Of a stretch of DNA of 64,000 nucleotides, positions 9,175-19,268 are shown in pieces. The notes beneath the pieces were generated by a model. It was not told where the DNA came from, ran no database searches, and was given only the letters and a program-made list of their open reading frames with translations. The stretch's first letter is position 1. Each line of letters starts with the position of its first letter. The stretch comes from an uncultured Alistipes sp. (GTDB lineage Bacteria; Bacteroidota; Bacteroidia; Bacteroidales; Rikenellaceae), in contig CAJGEC010000002.1 of assembly GCA_904502285.1 (NCBI GenBank), positions 15,126 through 79,125 on the forward strand. Direction: 5' to 3'. Both the position numbers and the translations under genes were made by a program.

Positions 9175-10458
9175 ATGGATGCTATAACACTACGAGAGAG
9201 CCTCGACATTGCACATATCGCAATCCTCGGTGGCTTGACACTACTCCTTCTGCTATTCTCGGCAATGGCGTCGGCCTCGGAAGTTGCCTTCTTCTCGCTC
9301 ACGCACAACGACTTAGCAGATCTTGAGGCACGCAATACTGCCTCGTCTCGCCGTGTACTCGACCTATTGGATAATGGCGATAGGTTGCTTGCGACGATAC
9401 TCGTGACAAACAATATGGTGAACATCTGCTTGGTTATCGTGGCGACACAACTGGCAGATGCCCTATTTATATTTTCGAGCGTCTGGGAGTTTGTCTTCAA
9501 TACCATCGTCATCACCTTCCTACTCTTGCTCTTTGGCGAGATTATGCCTAAGGTGCTGTCGCAGACCAACCCTATAAAGATGGCGACGTTGGTCTCTGGC
9601 CCTCTCAAGATATTGCAGTGGTTAGTCTACCCTTTGGCCTTCATCCTCATACGCACTTCGAGTCGTGTGAGTCGCCTTGCCAGCCGCAATGCCGAGATAT
9701 CTATCGAGGAGCTGGCGGATGCCGTAGACCTCGCGGAGACGGGCTCGGAGGAGGAGCAGAAGATGCTCTCAGGAATCGTAGCCTTCGGCCAGACCGAGGT
9801 GGTGGAGATTATGCACTCGCGAGTAGACATCACAGGGTTGGAGTATGAGGCAACATACGACCAGGTGCGCAAGATAATCGTCGAGACGGGTTATTCACGA
9901 ATCCCTGTCTATGGCGACGACCTGGATGATGTGCGAGGCATCCTCTACGTCAAGGACCTTATGCCACATATCAACCAGGGTGACGACTTCGAGTGGCAGA
10001 GCCTGCTTCGCAAGCCCTACTTCGTTCACGAGAAGATGATGATTGACGACCTGCTGAAGCGATTCCAGAAGGACAAGGTGCATATCGCCATCGTCGTAGA
10101 TGAGTATGGTGCTACTCAGGGACTTATATCGCTGGAGGATATCCTTGAGGAGGTAGTGGGCGAAATTACCGACGAGAGCGACGAAGAGGAGGATAAACTC
10201 TACGAGAAGATTGGTGAGCACACCTACATCTTCGATGCTAAGATACATATAGGCGAATTCGTGCGTGCCATAGGCTACGACGAGGAGGCCTTCAACGACG
10301 TCGTCGGCCACGCCGAGACCCTCGCAGGCCTAATGATGGAGCTTAAGCGCGACCTCCCTCGTCGAGGTGATGAGATGGAGTCGCACGGCGTGAAGTTTTT
10401 CATCGCCACGATGGATGGTCGAAGAGTTGATAAGATTAAGGTAGAGGTCAATGGTTAA
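9175..10458 (+). CDS. gldE: GldE-like CNNM/CBS/CorC membrane protein
   Basis: SASEVAFFSL, FGEIMPK, tandem CBS motifs (GYSRIPVY, VVDEYG), LEDILEEVVGEI. Confidence 0.85.
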   Translation: MDAITLRESLDIAHIAILGGLTLLLLLFSAMASASEVAFFSLTHNDLADLEARNTASSRRVLDLLDNGDRLLATILVTNNMVNICLVIVATQLADALFIFSSVWEFVFNTIVITFLLLLFGEIMPKVLSQTNPIKMATLVSGPLKILQWLVYPLAFILIRTSSRVSRLASRNAEISIEELADAVDLAETGSEEEQKMLSGIVAFGQTEVVEIMHSRVDITGLEYEATYDQVRKIIVETGYSRIPVYGDDLDDVRGILYVKDLMPHINQGDDFEWQSLLRKPYFVHEKMMIDDLLKRFQKDKVHIAIVVDEYGATQGLISLEDILEEVVGEITDESDEEEDKLYEKIGEHTYIFDAKIHIGEFVRAIGYDEEAFNDVVGHAETLAGLMMELKRDLPRRGDEMESHGVKFFIATMDGRRVDKIKVEVNG

Positions 10459-11029
10459 GATTATAGTTGAGCCTGTACCAGAGATTTACGCCTGTTGCGA
10501 AAGTCTAATTACGGCCGAGGATATAGCCTCGGCTGTGCGCTTTCAGAACGAGCGACGTAGGCGCGAACACCTCGCCTGGAGGCGGGTCGTCAGAGGAGAA
10601 CTCGGCATCCACACCTCCATCTCATACAACGAAGTGGGTGCGCCAATAGTGGATAGGCCCAACTGTTTCATCAGCGTAGCGCACGGCGCGGGTATGGTGG
10701 CTGTGGCTATTGCTGAAGAGCGTGTAGGCATCGACATAGAGTGCCAAGAGCGCGACTTCGAGTCTGCAAAGTCTCGCTTTATGAGTTGTAGGGAGTTGGC
10801 CCTCTGCGATAAGGCCGAATTTGCGGGCTACGTGTGGTGTGCCAAGGAGGCTTTGTATAAACTCTACGGCCGACGTGGCATCGACCTAAGCAACGACATA
10901 CAAATCAAGAGCTTCGACCCCAAGAGCGAGACTATGCGTGGCCTCCTGCTCGGCGAGCCAGAGGCACATATAGAGATACTACACTACGACAACAACATCG
11001 TTGCCGTGGCGACATTTACCAAAGAGTAG
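10451..11029 (+). CDS. 4'-phosphopantetheinyl transferase superfamily protein
   Basis: ISVAH, VGIDIE, WCAKEALYK motifs; overlaps the gldE stop. Confidence 0.88.
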   Translation: MVKIIVEPVPEIYACCESLITAEDIASAVRFQNERRRREHLAWRRVVRGELGIHTSISYNEVGAPIVDRPNCFISVAHGAGMVAVAIAEERVGIDIECQERDFESAKSRFMSCRELALCDKAEFAGYVWCAKEALYKLYGRRGIDLSNDIQIKSFDPKSETMRGLLLGEPEAHIEILHYDNNIVAVATFTKE

Positions 11030-11047
11030 AAAGGATAAATAAAATAG

Positions 11048-12496
11048 ATGTCAGCACATAACAACACCGTATCGTTAGGTACGGACTCCTTAGGCAAACT
11101 GCTTGCACGATATGCCATCCCCGCAATTATTGCGATGGCATCATCATCGCTTTACCACATCATCGACAGCATCTTCATCGGCCACGGCATCGGTGGTGCT
11201 GCGATTTCGGGTATGGCCGTGACCCTCCCAATCATGAATATTGCGTCGGCATTTGGTGCTATGGTCGGTGTGGGTGCTGCGGCACGCATCTCTATCCGCT
11301 TAGGCGAGGGCAACAAGCGTGCTGCCGAAGATATCTTGGGTAATGCCGTTCTGCTCAACATCACCCTCGGCATCTCCATAATGCTCATCTTCGTACTCTT
11401 CCTCGACCCCATCCTCATCTTCTTCTCAGGTGGCGAGGCGAGTGCCGAGACTCTGGACTATGCACGTCGCTTTATGCGAATAATTATGTTCGGCAACATC
11501 ATCACCCACCTCTACTTGGGTCTCAACGAGCAGTTGCGTGCCTCAGGCTACCCCCGTAAGGCGATGTATATTATGTTGCTCTCGATGGCTATCTGCACCA
11601 TCCTCAACCCCCTCTTCATCTTTGGCTTTGGCTGGAGCATCGAGGGCTCAGCCCTGGCTACGGTGATTGCGCAGACCATATCGCTCGGAATACAGGTCCA
11701 GCACTACACCTCCGAGAAGAACTTCTTGCGCTTCCGTCGTCGCAGTTTCCGCTTCAAGCGACATATCGTATCAGCGATTATATCTATAGGTATGGCCCCA
11801 TTCCTACTCAACCTATGTGCTTCGCTGGTAACACGTTTTATGAACACCACCCTCCTGCACTATGGCGGTACAGGAGTCTATGACGTGGTTTCAACAGAGA
11901 CGTTCGCAGGAAATGTGGGCGATGTATATGTGGGAGCCTACGGCATTATGAACCGTGTGATTCTGCTCTTCATTATGGTAGCCAACGGCTTCAATCAAGG
12001 TATGCAACCTATCGTGGGATATAACTACGGCGCTAAGCAGTATGACCGTGTTATCAAGGTGCTGAAATATACGATTATATGTGCTACGTGTGTGACTACC
12101 TTCGCCTTCTTAGTTGGCCAACTATTCCCCTATCAGGTAGCATCTGCCTTTGTGGATAGTTCGACTGGAGAGGCCGACAAGGCTATGGTCGAGGTAGTGG
12201 CACAGGGCCTTGGACTTGCTATGATGGTATTTCCATTGGTTGGTTTCCAGATAGTTGCGGGAGGTTTCTTCCAGTATATCGGTCGTGCGCCCTTGGCGAT
12301 GTTCCTCTCCACAACACGCCAGTTGCTCTTCCTCCTTCCCCTACTCCTCACCCTTGCGCCACGCTACGGTGCCTTCGGTGCTTGGATCTCGATGCCTTTA
12401 GCCGACACGCTCTCGGTGATTATCGCAATAATACTCCTCACGCTCCAGATACGCAAACTTAGACGTATGGAGCGCGACATACACTTCTCTCGCTAA
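11048..12496 (+). CDS. MATE family efflux transporter (MepA-like)
   Basis: About 12 TMs; LYHIIDSIFIG, GMQPIVGYNYGAK, RQLLFLLP. Confidence 0.93.
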   Translation: MSAHNNTVSLGTDSLGKLLARYAIPAIIAMASSSLYHIIDSIFIGHGIGGAAISGMAVTLPIMNIASAFGAMVGVGAAARISIRLGEGNKRAAEDILGNAVLLNITLGISIMLIFVLFLDPILIFFSGGEASAETLDYARRFMRIIMFGNIITHLYLGLNEQLRASGYPRKAMYIMLLSMAICTILNPLFIFGFGWSIEGSALATVIAQTISLGIQVQHYTSEKNFLRFRRRSFRFKRHIVSAIISIGMAPFLLNLCASLVTRFMNTTLLHYGGTGVYDVVSTETFAGNVGDVYVGAYGIMNRVILLFIMVANGFNQGMQPIVGYNYGAKQYDRVIKVLKYTIICATCVTTFAFLVGQLFPYQVASAFVDSSTGEADKAMVEVVAQGLGLAMMVFPLVGFQIVAGGFFQYIGRAPLAMFLSTTRQLLFLLPLLLTLAPRYGAFGAWISMPLADTLSVIIAIILLTLQIRKLRRMERDIHFSR

Positions 12497-12573
12497 ACTA
12501 AGCGAGAGACTCTCAACATAAGGGTCTAATCTTGATTGTACTCCTACTTTAGTGGGAGACGGGGGGGGATGCA

Positions 12574-12912
12574 CTAAATGCGGTGGGCATTCTCGCCATA
12601 CCACTCATCCGAAGCATCGTCGGCACGACGCTTGTCCTCATCCGAGAGGGAGTTGAGCCACTCCATCATCTCAGTACGTGTAGCCTCAGCCGAGGCCTTC
12701 TCGCCTGTAGAGGTCTCGTGCGTATAGCGCAAGAGGTAGTACTCCACACGCTCCTCAACACTAAGCGTATCTATATCTTTGGTAGGAGCGATATCTGCCT
12801 CAACAACCTCGGCATGATGAATATCATTAGCTGCATCGTTGCTCTTTGGCGACAACATACCACACGCCATCGCCATAACAGAAAGGAGTATAATTGTAAT
12901 AAATCTCTTCAT
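12574..12912 (-). CDS. Hypothetical small lipoprotein
   Basis: MKRF start, lipobox MAMAC, acidic helical body; TAACTTTG -7 box at 12988-12995 on the minus strand. Confidence 0.75.
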   Translation of the reverse strand: MKRFITIILLSVMAMACGMLSPKSNDAANDIHHAEVVEADIAPTKDIDTLSVEERVEYYLLRYTHETSTGEKASAEATRTEMMEWLNSLSDEDKRRADDASDEWYGENAHRI

Positions 12913-13121
12913 AGTTAATATTGTTTAAATCCGCTATCACCCTAAAAACGAGCCATAAAGGTAGTTCTAAGAGACGCGATATATTGACAAAGTTATAACA
13001 ATTTTATCATTTCTGCAACGATACACGACTTTTTATTCTTATAGATTTTGTTCTATTGTCGTTTTTTGTGCTACTATACAGTCTGATTTCTTGCCAAAAA
13101 GACTCTACCAATAGATATAGA

Positions 13122-13156
13122 AGAGGGTGTCCGACAGAATCTGTCAGACACCCTCT
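13122..13156. terminator. GAGGGTGTC-family hairpin downstream of the aminopeptidase gene
   Basis: AGAGGGTGTCcGACAG-aat-CTGTCaGACACCCTCT; same stem recurs at 37818, 51827 and 57245. Confidence 0.7.
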
Positions 13157-13198
13157 ATCTCTATCAAGAAGGCCTCAACCTCCTCGCTAACAGCTTAA

Positions 13199-14383
13199 TT
13201 ACAAACCCAACTTCTTGCGGATATCCTTAGGAAGTGCGTTCTTATTAACAATGATGTTCATTGTCTTGTAGCGAACGAATGCCTTTGAAGCATACCAGAT
13301 ACCCTTATAAGTGCCAGCCTCACCCCAAGAGTTCTTAACCATATAGTACTCAGTACCATTCTGATCCTTAGCGATACCGTAGATAAGCATACCGTGGTCA
13401 TCGGTAGTCTCCCAGTTGTCGTAAGCAATCTGGCGCTCCTCCTGAGTACACCACTTCTGAGTTGTAGGCTTAGGGGTATTCTTCTTCTCCTCCTCGGTCA
13501 AGTTGAGCCACTTAGCCATATCTGAGCCCTGGAGGTCGTTACCTGCAGCCTCCTCAGGGAGTACTGCTGTACCCATACGAGTAAAGCCTGCCTCGCTAAC
13601 GTCACTACCCCACGCTACAGTGTAGCCATTCATAATAGCGTTGTCGAATACCTCCATCAACTCGTCGATAGGGAGGTTATATGACTGAGCCCAACGCCAG
13701 TTATCAGGAATCTCGATAGCGAAAGAGGTGTAGAATGGGTGGTGAGTGTAAGAGGTCAATGATACATAGTCGTCAGCATTCAAACCCAAAGAGTCATAGA
13801 ATGACTGTGGGGTGTACTCAACGCCATTGTAAGTGAACTTCTCAGGACGCTCGCCAAGATAGATGTCGTGGATAGCTGTGATAGCCTTCTTCCACAAAAG
13901 CTCACCATCAGGGCTTACCTGAAGGCTGCGGTGCTTACCCTTAGCGATAGCAGCAACTACAGCGTCGCTAACTGCTGAAAGTTCGTTGTGAACGCTAAGC
14001 TCCTTGCCATACATAACACCTGGACGCATCTCTGCCTCTGGAACAAGACCGAATGCCTCCATACCATAGATTACATCGTAGAACGAACCACCCTGTGCAA
14101 ACGATACGTCACCGTGTGTGCGAACAGCCTTCTCAGCACGATCGAGGTAGGTGTTGTGAACGATGAACATCTCCGAGAAGTCGTACTCACCCTTGCCCAT
14201 ACGCAAAAGCTCTGACTCGATGAATGCCAATGATGAGTAGCACCAGCAAGTACCAGCCTGGTTCTGGTTCTTGATGCTTGTGATAGGATTCTCCTTCACT
14301 ACAGAGAACTCAAGCTCAGCATCCTGTGCCATAGCACCAGTAGCAAACAACATACCGAGTGCCAAAACGAAGATTTTCTTCAT
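13199..14383 (-). CDS. Secreted C1-family cysteine aminopeptidase (aminopeptidase C-like)
   Basis: Signal peptide ending AMA|Q; catalytic motifs NQAGTCWCYS, DDHGM, VKNSWG. Confidence 0.92.
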   Translation of the reverse strand: MKKIFVLALGMLFATGAMAQDAELEFSVVKENPITSIKNQNQAGTCWCYSSLAFIESELLRMGKGEYDFSEMFIVHNTYLDRAEKAVRTHGDVSFAQGGSFYDVIYGMEAFGLVPEAEMRPGVMYGKELSVHNELSAVSDAVVAAIAKGKHRSLQVSPDGELLWKKAITAIHDIYLGERPEKFTYNGVEYTPQSFYDSLGLNADDYVSLTSYTHHPFYTSFAIEIPDNWRWAQSYNLPIDELMEVFDNAIMNGYTVAWGSDVSEAGFTRMGTAVLPEEAAGNDLQGSDMAKWLNLTEEEKKNTPKPTTQKWCTQEERQIAYDNWETTDDHGMLIYGIAKDQNGTEYYMVKNSWGEAGTYKGIWYASKAFVRYKTMNIIVNKNALPKDIRKKLGL

Positions 14384-14426
14384 AGTTTAATAGTTTTAGA
14401 TTGATGATTAGTATAAATTATTTATG

Positions 14427-16730
14427 TTATTTCTTGCTCTTTGCCACAATACGCTGACAGTCAGTGTAGCTAAGACTCTCGACTTTCGTACCCTTAGGCA
14501 AGCGATAGTTCTTGCCGTTATAGGCGATATATGGGCCATACTGTCCACTCTTGACTACCATAGCACTATCCTCTGGGAAGGTGCGCAAAGGCTCTGATGC
14601 CACACGCTGCTTCTCGATAGTCTCCTTGAGCAACTCCTCGGCACGCTCGCGACTTACCGTATATGGGTCGTCACCCTTCTGCAATGAGGCGAAGGTCTTG
14701 CCGTGGCGCACGTATGGGCCGAACTTGCCGACACCAACCATCAAAGGCTCGCCATCCAAGTCACCCAAGTTGCGTGGCAAGGCGAAGAGCTCCAAGGCCT
14801 CCTCCAAGGTAATAGACTCGATAAGCTGTCCCTTCTTGAGCGAAGCAAACTGGCCCTTCTCGCCATCCTCGCTAACAAGCTCCACCATAGGGCCATAGCG
14901 GCCAATACGAGCCTTGACCGTAAGACCTGTCTTAGGGTCTACGCCCAACACACGAGCCGACTGCACACTGCGGTCGCTCTGTGTGCCTACAGCGCCATCC
15001 ACGAGTTTGTGGAATGGGTCATAGAAGTCACGAATCATATCGGTCCACGTAATCTCACCCTCGGCGACACGGTCGAACTCCTTCTCGACATTTGCCGTGA
15101 AGTGGTAATCCATAATTGAGGCGAACTGCATCTCAAGGTAGTCATTCACGACCATACCTATATCGGTTGGGGCAAGGCGATTCTTCTCCTTACCATAACT
15201 CTCCGTTACCATCTTCTCGCTAATCTTATCACCTGAGAGGGTTAGGTGAAGCACCTGACGCTTCTGGCCATCACGGTTCTGCTTAACGACATAGCCGCGG
15301 TTGATGATGGTGGTGATGGTTGGAGCGTATGTTGAAGGACGGCCGATACCAAGCTCCTCAAGACGCTTAACCAACGCTGCCTCATTATATCGCGTAGGGG
15401 CTACGCTATAACGCTCCATAGCCGTAATGGTTGTAGGAATAACGCTATCACCGACCTCCATCTTTGGAAGGATGCCACCCTCGCTCTCGCTCTGGGCATC
15501 CTCATCAACAGACTCCGAGTAGAGGCGCATAAAGCCATCGAAACGTACCACCTCGCCCTGAGCAACGAACTGCTCCGAACGCTTCGACATATCTACGACA
15601 ATGGTCGTGCGGTCCAACTCCGCTGGCACCATCTGTGATGCTACGGTACGCTTCCAGATTAGTTCGTAGAGACGCTTCTCGGCTGCTGTACCCTCAATCT
15701 CCTGACGCTCGATATATGATGGGCGGATAGCCTCGTGAGCCTCCTGAGCGCCCTTGGTCTTGGTCTTGAAGTTGTGAGGGTAAGAGTATTTAGCACCAAA
15801 GAGGCGAGTAATCTCATTCTTACACTGCGTGATAGCCATCTGTGAAAGGTTCACAGAGTCGGTACGCATATATGTAATAAGACCCTGCTCGTAGAGTTTC
15901 TGTGCCACGGACATAATCTGCGAAACACTCATACCGAGTTTACGACCAGCCTCCTGCTGAAGAGTAGATGTGGTGAATGGTGGCGCTGCAAAACGCTGTA
16001 CGGGTTTCTCCTCGGCCTTAGAGATTGTGAAACGCTCACCTACGCAACTATGCAAGAAAGCCTCAGCCTCCTGGCGTGTAGCGAAGGCCTGAGAGAGAGT
16101 CGCCTTGAAGAGTGTTTTTGAGGTATCCTCCGACGAGTAGAACTGACCCACAACACGATACTGTGCCGAGGTGTTGAAGTTGATGATGTCGCGCTCACGC
16201 TCCACGATAAGGCGCACGGCAACACTCTGAACACGACCTGCCGAGAGTGCTGGACGCACCTTCTTCCACAACACGGGCGAGAGCTCGAAACCTACAAGGC
16301 GGTCTAAGACACGGCGGGCCTGCTGGGCATTCACCAAGTTAAGATCGATGGAGCGTGGATTCTCAATTGCCGCAAGGATAGCACGCTGCGTAATCTCGTG
16401 AAAGACGATACGCTTAGTGCGGTCGATAGGCAGATTCAACACCTTGGCCAAGTGCCAAGCAATAGCCTCACCCTCGCGGTCCTCATCGGATGCCAACCAC
16501 ACGGTCTTCACCTCGCGTGATAGGCGTGACAACTCATCAACAACCTTGCGCTTATCCTCAGGAATCTCGTAGACAGGTTCAAACTCATTCTCTATATTAA
16601 TGCCGAGCCCCTTCTTTGCCAAGTCGCGGATATGTCCGAAACTCGACTTAACCATATAGTCCTTACCGAGGAACTTCTCGATGGTCTTAGCCTTAGCCGG
16701 AGACTCTACTATAACCAAATTTTCCTGCAT
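14427..16730 (-). CDS. topA: DNA topoisomerase I
   Basis: LVIVESPAKAKTI, DEDREGEAI, SAGRVQS, LITYMRTDS, GRYGP/GKFGPY C-terminal repeats. ATG at 16730 chosen over GTG at 16733. Confidence 0.97.
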   Translation of the reverse strand: MQENLVIVESPAKAKTIEKFLGKDYMVKSSFGHIRDLAKKGLGINIENEFEPVYEIPEDKRKVVDELSRLSREVKTVWLASDEDREGEAIAWHLAKVLNLPIDRTKRIVFHEITQRAILAAIENPRSIDLNLVNAQQARRVLDRLVGFELSPVLWKKVRPALSAGRVQSVAVRLIVERERDIINFNTSAQYRVVGQFYSSEDTSKTLFKATLSQAFATRQEAEAFLHSCVGERFTISKAEEKPVQRFAAPPFTTSTLQQEAGRKLGMSVSQIMSVAQKLYEQGLITYMRTDSVNLSQMAITQCKNEITRLFGAKYSYPHNFKTKTKGAQEAHEAIRPSYIERQEIEGTAAEKRLYELIWKRTVASQMVPAELDRTTIVVDMSKRSEQFVAQGEVVRFDGFMRLYSESVDEDAQSESEGGILPKMEVGDSVIPTTITAMERYSVAPTRYNEAALVKRLEELGIGRPSTYAPTITTIINRGYVVKQNRDGQKRQVLHLTLSGDKISEKMVTESYGKEKNRLAPTDIGMVVNDYLEMQFASIMDYHFTANVEKEFDRVAEGEITWTDMIRDFYDPFHKLVDGAVGTQSDRSVQSARVLGVDPKTGLTVKARIGRYGPMVELVSEDGEKGQFASLKKGQLIESITLEEALELFALPRNLGDLDGEPLMVGVGKFGPYVRHGKTFASLQKGDDPYTVSRERAEELLKETIEKQRVASEPLRTFPEDSAMVVKSGQYGPYIAYNGKNYRLPKGTKVESLSYTDCQRIVAKSKK

Positions 16731-16814
16731 CACAATATCTTTTCTTTATACACAGCAAAACCTAAGTGGTGAACTTAGGCTCGCTGATATATCATACTAT
16801 TCTATTCTAACTCT

Positions 16815-18437
16815 TTAATTTACAACCGTATAGGTCAATTCCAACTTTATCGGAGCAACGACCTCTTCGCCCGAGTACATTCCATACACCGCCTGACGCT
16901 TAAAACTATAGAGCGAGTAGATCTCTGGAGCGATATAGAACCTACGCGAAGTCACCAACGACTCCTCCTTGGGCTGATAGTCAGCCGAGAACTTCTCCAA
17001 GTTCACCTTGCCCGACTCATCCACATTCTTCAACGCCAAGTTTATCAACGACTGGATGTAGTTCGATATATTGACCTTATAACAAGCCAACGAACGGCTC
17101 AAATAGCCATCGTAATCGAGTGGCGCGTTGCTCGACTCTAAACTATAAGCATAGTCACTAATCGTAACCAACTTGTTATAGTCGGTGTACAGACCGATAC
17201 GACCGAGTGCGCCATCGAGAATCTTAGCCATACCGAGAGGATCGCTGAAATTATAGTCGTAATTCGAACCCTCAAGATAGATAGACATCATCGCCTGATT
17301 CACCGATACCACAGCGTCACCCTCAGCCTCGAGTACTATGTCGGCCAACGACTGGATGAACTCGTCGGTAAACATCACCTCTGTAACCGCTCCACCAAGA
17401 CCCTCGACGTATGTCGTAGAGAGTTGCTCCTCGGTAGATGCCGAGCCTACCGTAGATGAGGCTGTATCATACTTCACACTATTAACCGATACATTACCAG
17501 CCTTAATATCGTATGATGCTGGATTAAGGTAGAGGTTATAGATCATATAGGTAGTATCACGAATGATCGTTGGATCCTCCTCATAGCGGCCTCGCGAGTA
17601 GAGCAAGAGTGCTGTCTTTCCCAAGTCGGTAACAAACATAGCCCCCTCCATATCGTCGGCAGGCTTGATACACAAACCACGTACCCTATCCAAGAACTCG
17701 CGCTCGTGACCCGAAACATAGATGCTATCCTTATCCAAGGCGTAACCGCCATTGGCATCTAACTCATCCAAGAACATAAGGCGAGAGATATACTCCATCG
17801 TCTGGTCGGTCTCCTCAAGCAACACCTCTCTATTCGTTGGTTTCTTCATATCACCAATATATACGCCCTTCTCCTGGTTGGGGTAGGTGAACGTAAAGAT
17901 AGGCTTGTCGGAGATATATGGAGTAGGGTCGAAATTGATATAGAAAGTGGTATCCTCCACCGCCGTAAGGTAGTCGTTAGAGGTGATCTCGTAGACCTCG
18001 AAGCGGTGCTTCTTTGTAGTATCCACAGCCTGATAGTCCGAGACACACAACGACAACACCATACTATCGAAGATAGGACGATAACCCCAGCCACGCTCCT
18101 TGGGGAGTGAGAGGCCAAATATCATCTGCGACATAAAGCAGGCCGTACGCTCACCATAGACAGCACTAACCTCACGACCAAAGAAGCCCTTCTGGAGGTT
18201 TGCCGACTTTAGTGAGTCGCTACGATAGAGACGTGTGGTGACTAACGGACAATCTACCTCCTTATCACCCTCAGTGCTCTTACCCAAGGCGTAGACACGA
18301 CGCCTAAGTTCCATATTTTGGTTGGTGGGAACAAACTCCTCACCCATATTGTAGTCCATCTCCGTAGTACACCCTACACCCACAAAGGCCATAAGGAGCA
18401 CCACCATAGAGAGGAGTAACAATCTACAATTCGTCAT
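16815..18437 (-). CDS. DUF4270-like outer-membrane lipoprotein (possible BamH-type BAM accessory)
   Basis: ATG at 18437 gives a signal peptide with lipobox FVGVGC; C-terminal IKLELTYT; lies directly after the GT5-like gene, as is usual in Bacteroidota. Confidence 0.75.
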   Translation of the reverse strand: MTNCRLLLLSMVVLLMAFVGVGCTTEMDYNMGEEFVPTNQNMELRRRVYALGKSTEGDKEVDCPLVTTRLYRSDSLKSANLQKGFFGREVSAVYGERTACFMSQMIFGLSLPKERGWGYRPIFDSMVLSLCVSDYQAVDTTKKHRFEVYEITSNDYLTAVEDTTFYINFDPTPYISDKPIFTFTYPNQEKGVYIGDMKKPTNREVLLEETDQTMEYISRLMFLDELDANGGYALDKDSIYVSGHEREFLDRVRGLCIKPADDMEGAMFVTDLGKTALLLYSRGRYEEDPTIIRDTTYMIYNLYLNPASYDIKAGNVSVNSVKYDTASSTVGSASTEEQLSTTYVEGLGGAVTEVMFTDEFIQSLADIVLEAEGDAVVSVNQAMMSIYLEGSNYDYNFSDPLGMAKILDGALGRIGLYTDYNKLVTISDYAYSLESSNAPLDYDGYLSRSLACYKVNISNYIQSLINLALKNVDESGKVNLEKFSADYQPKEESLVTSRRFYIAPEIYSLYSFKRQAVYGMYSGEEVVAPIKLELTYTVVN

Positions 18438-19230
18438 AGAATCTCTTGTAATTATCGTAGACCTCTGTTTCGTCACCCTCGACATAGTCGAGTACCTTCT
18501 TGCCACACTGCTTAGCATACTCAACAATCTCGGCATCTGCATTTGGCGAGGTCACAACAACACCATCTGCATAATCCATAACGAAACGATAGAGATTTTG
18601 GTATGAAGGCTCCTCCAAAATCTTCATATTGCTATCCAAGATACCCTCGCCCTCAAGTTTCTGCTTGAACTCGGCGTTGAGCAAGGTGTCGAACTTATCG
18701 TCAGAGAGCGACAACACAATCTTCACATCCCTAAATAGTGGGTCGTCGTAGAAGACCTTCTTAAGGTACATAGGCACAATAGCCGAAAACCAGCCGTGGC
18801 AGTGTACGATGGTTGGTGACCAACGCAACTTCTTAACCGTCTCCAACATACCACGTGCAAAGAAGATTGCTCTATCGTCGTTATCCTCAAACATCTCGCC
18901 ATCCTCGTTCTGCAAAACCGCACGACGTGAGAAGTAGTCGTCGTTGTCGATGAAATAGACCTGTAGGCGGGCCGCAGGGATTGAGGCAACCTTGATGATA
19001 AGCTGGTGGTCGTTATCGTTGATGATGAGGTTCATACCCGAAAGACGGATAACCTCGTGCAACTGGTTTCTACGCTCATTGATACAACCATAGCGAGGCA
19101 TAAAGGTACGCACCTCACAACCTCTCTCTTGCATCTGACGTGCCATCTCAAGCGAGAGTTTCGAGAACTCCGTCTCTGGAAGATAGGGAGATATCTCCTG
19201 ACAAACGTACAAAATCTTGTTTGTTGCCAT
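18424..19230 (-). CDS. Glycogen/starch synthase catalytic-domain-only (GT5 N-terminal) protein
   Basis: RTFMPRYGCINERRNQLHEVIRLSGMN, DNDDRAIFF, IVHCHGW; only 268 aa, no C-terminal GT-B domain. Confidence 0.88.
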   Translation of the reverse strand: MATNKILYVCQEISPYLPETEFSKLSLEMARQMQERGCEVRTFMPRYGCINERRNQLHEVIRLSGMNLIINDNDHQLIIKVASIPAARLQVYFIDNDDYFSRRAVLQNEDGEMFEDNDDRAIFFARGMLETVKKLRWSPTIVHCHGWFSAIVPMYLKKVFYDDPLFRDVKIVLSLSDDKFDTLLNAEFKQKLEGEGILDSNMKILEEPSYQNLYRFVMDYADGVVVTSPNADAEIVEYAKQCGKKVLDYVEGDETEVYDNYKRFYDEL

Positions 19231-19251
19231 AATAACAATATTTTACCTATA

Positions 19252-19259
19252 CAAAGATA
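19252..19259 (-). promoter_or_regulatory. sigma-A -7 box (TATCTTTG) for GT5-like/DUF4270/topA
   Basis: TAnnTTTG about 22 nt upstream of the ATG at 19230. Confidence 0.6.
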
Positions 19260-19268
19260 GTAAATTTT

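Noticed and set aside
9175..10458. gldE as evidence of gliding motility
   Set aside because: GldE-like CNNM/CorC proteins are widespread in non-gliding Bacteroidales and no other gld/spr genes are present.
12541..12568. CTCCTAC-TTTA-GTGGGAG hairpin plus G8 run resembling an IS200/IS605 end
   Set aside because: No tnpA/tnpB remnant or second end; more simply a hairpin between convergent genes.
18438..18542. Upstream extension of the DUF4270-like ORF to 18542
   Set aside because: Overlaps the GT5-like gene by over 100 nt and buries the signal peptide; the ATG at 18437 gives a normal lipoprotein signal.
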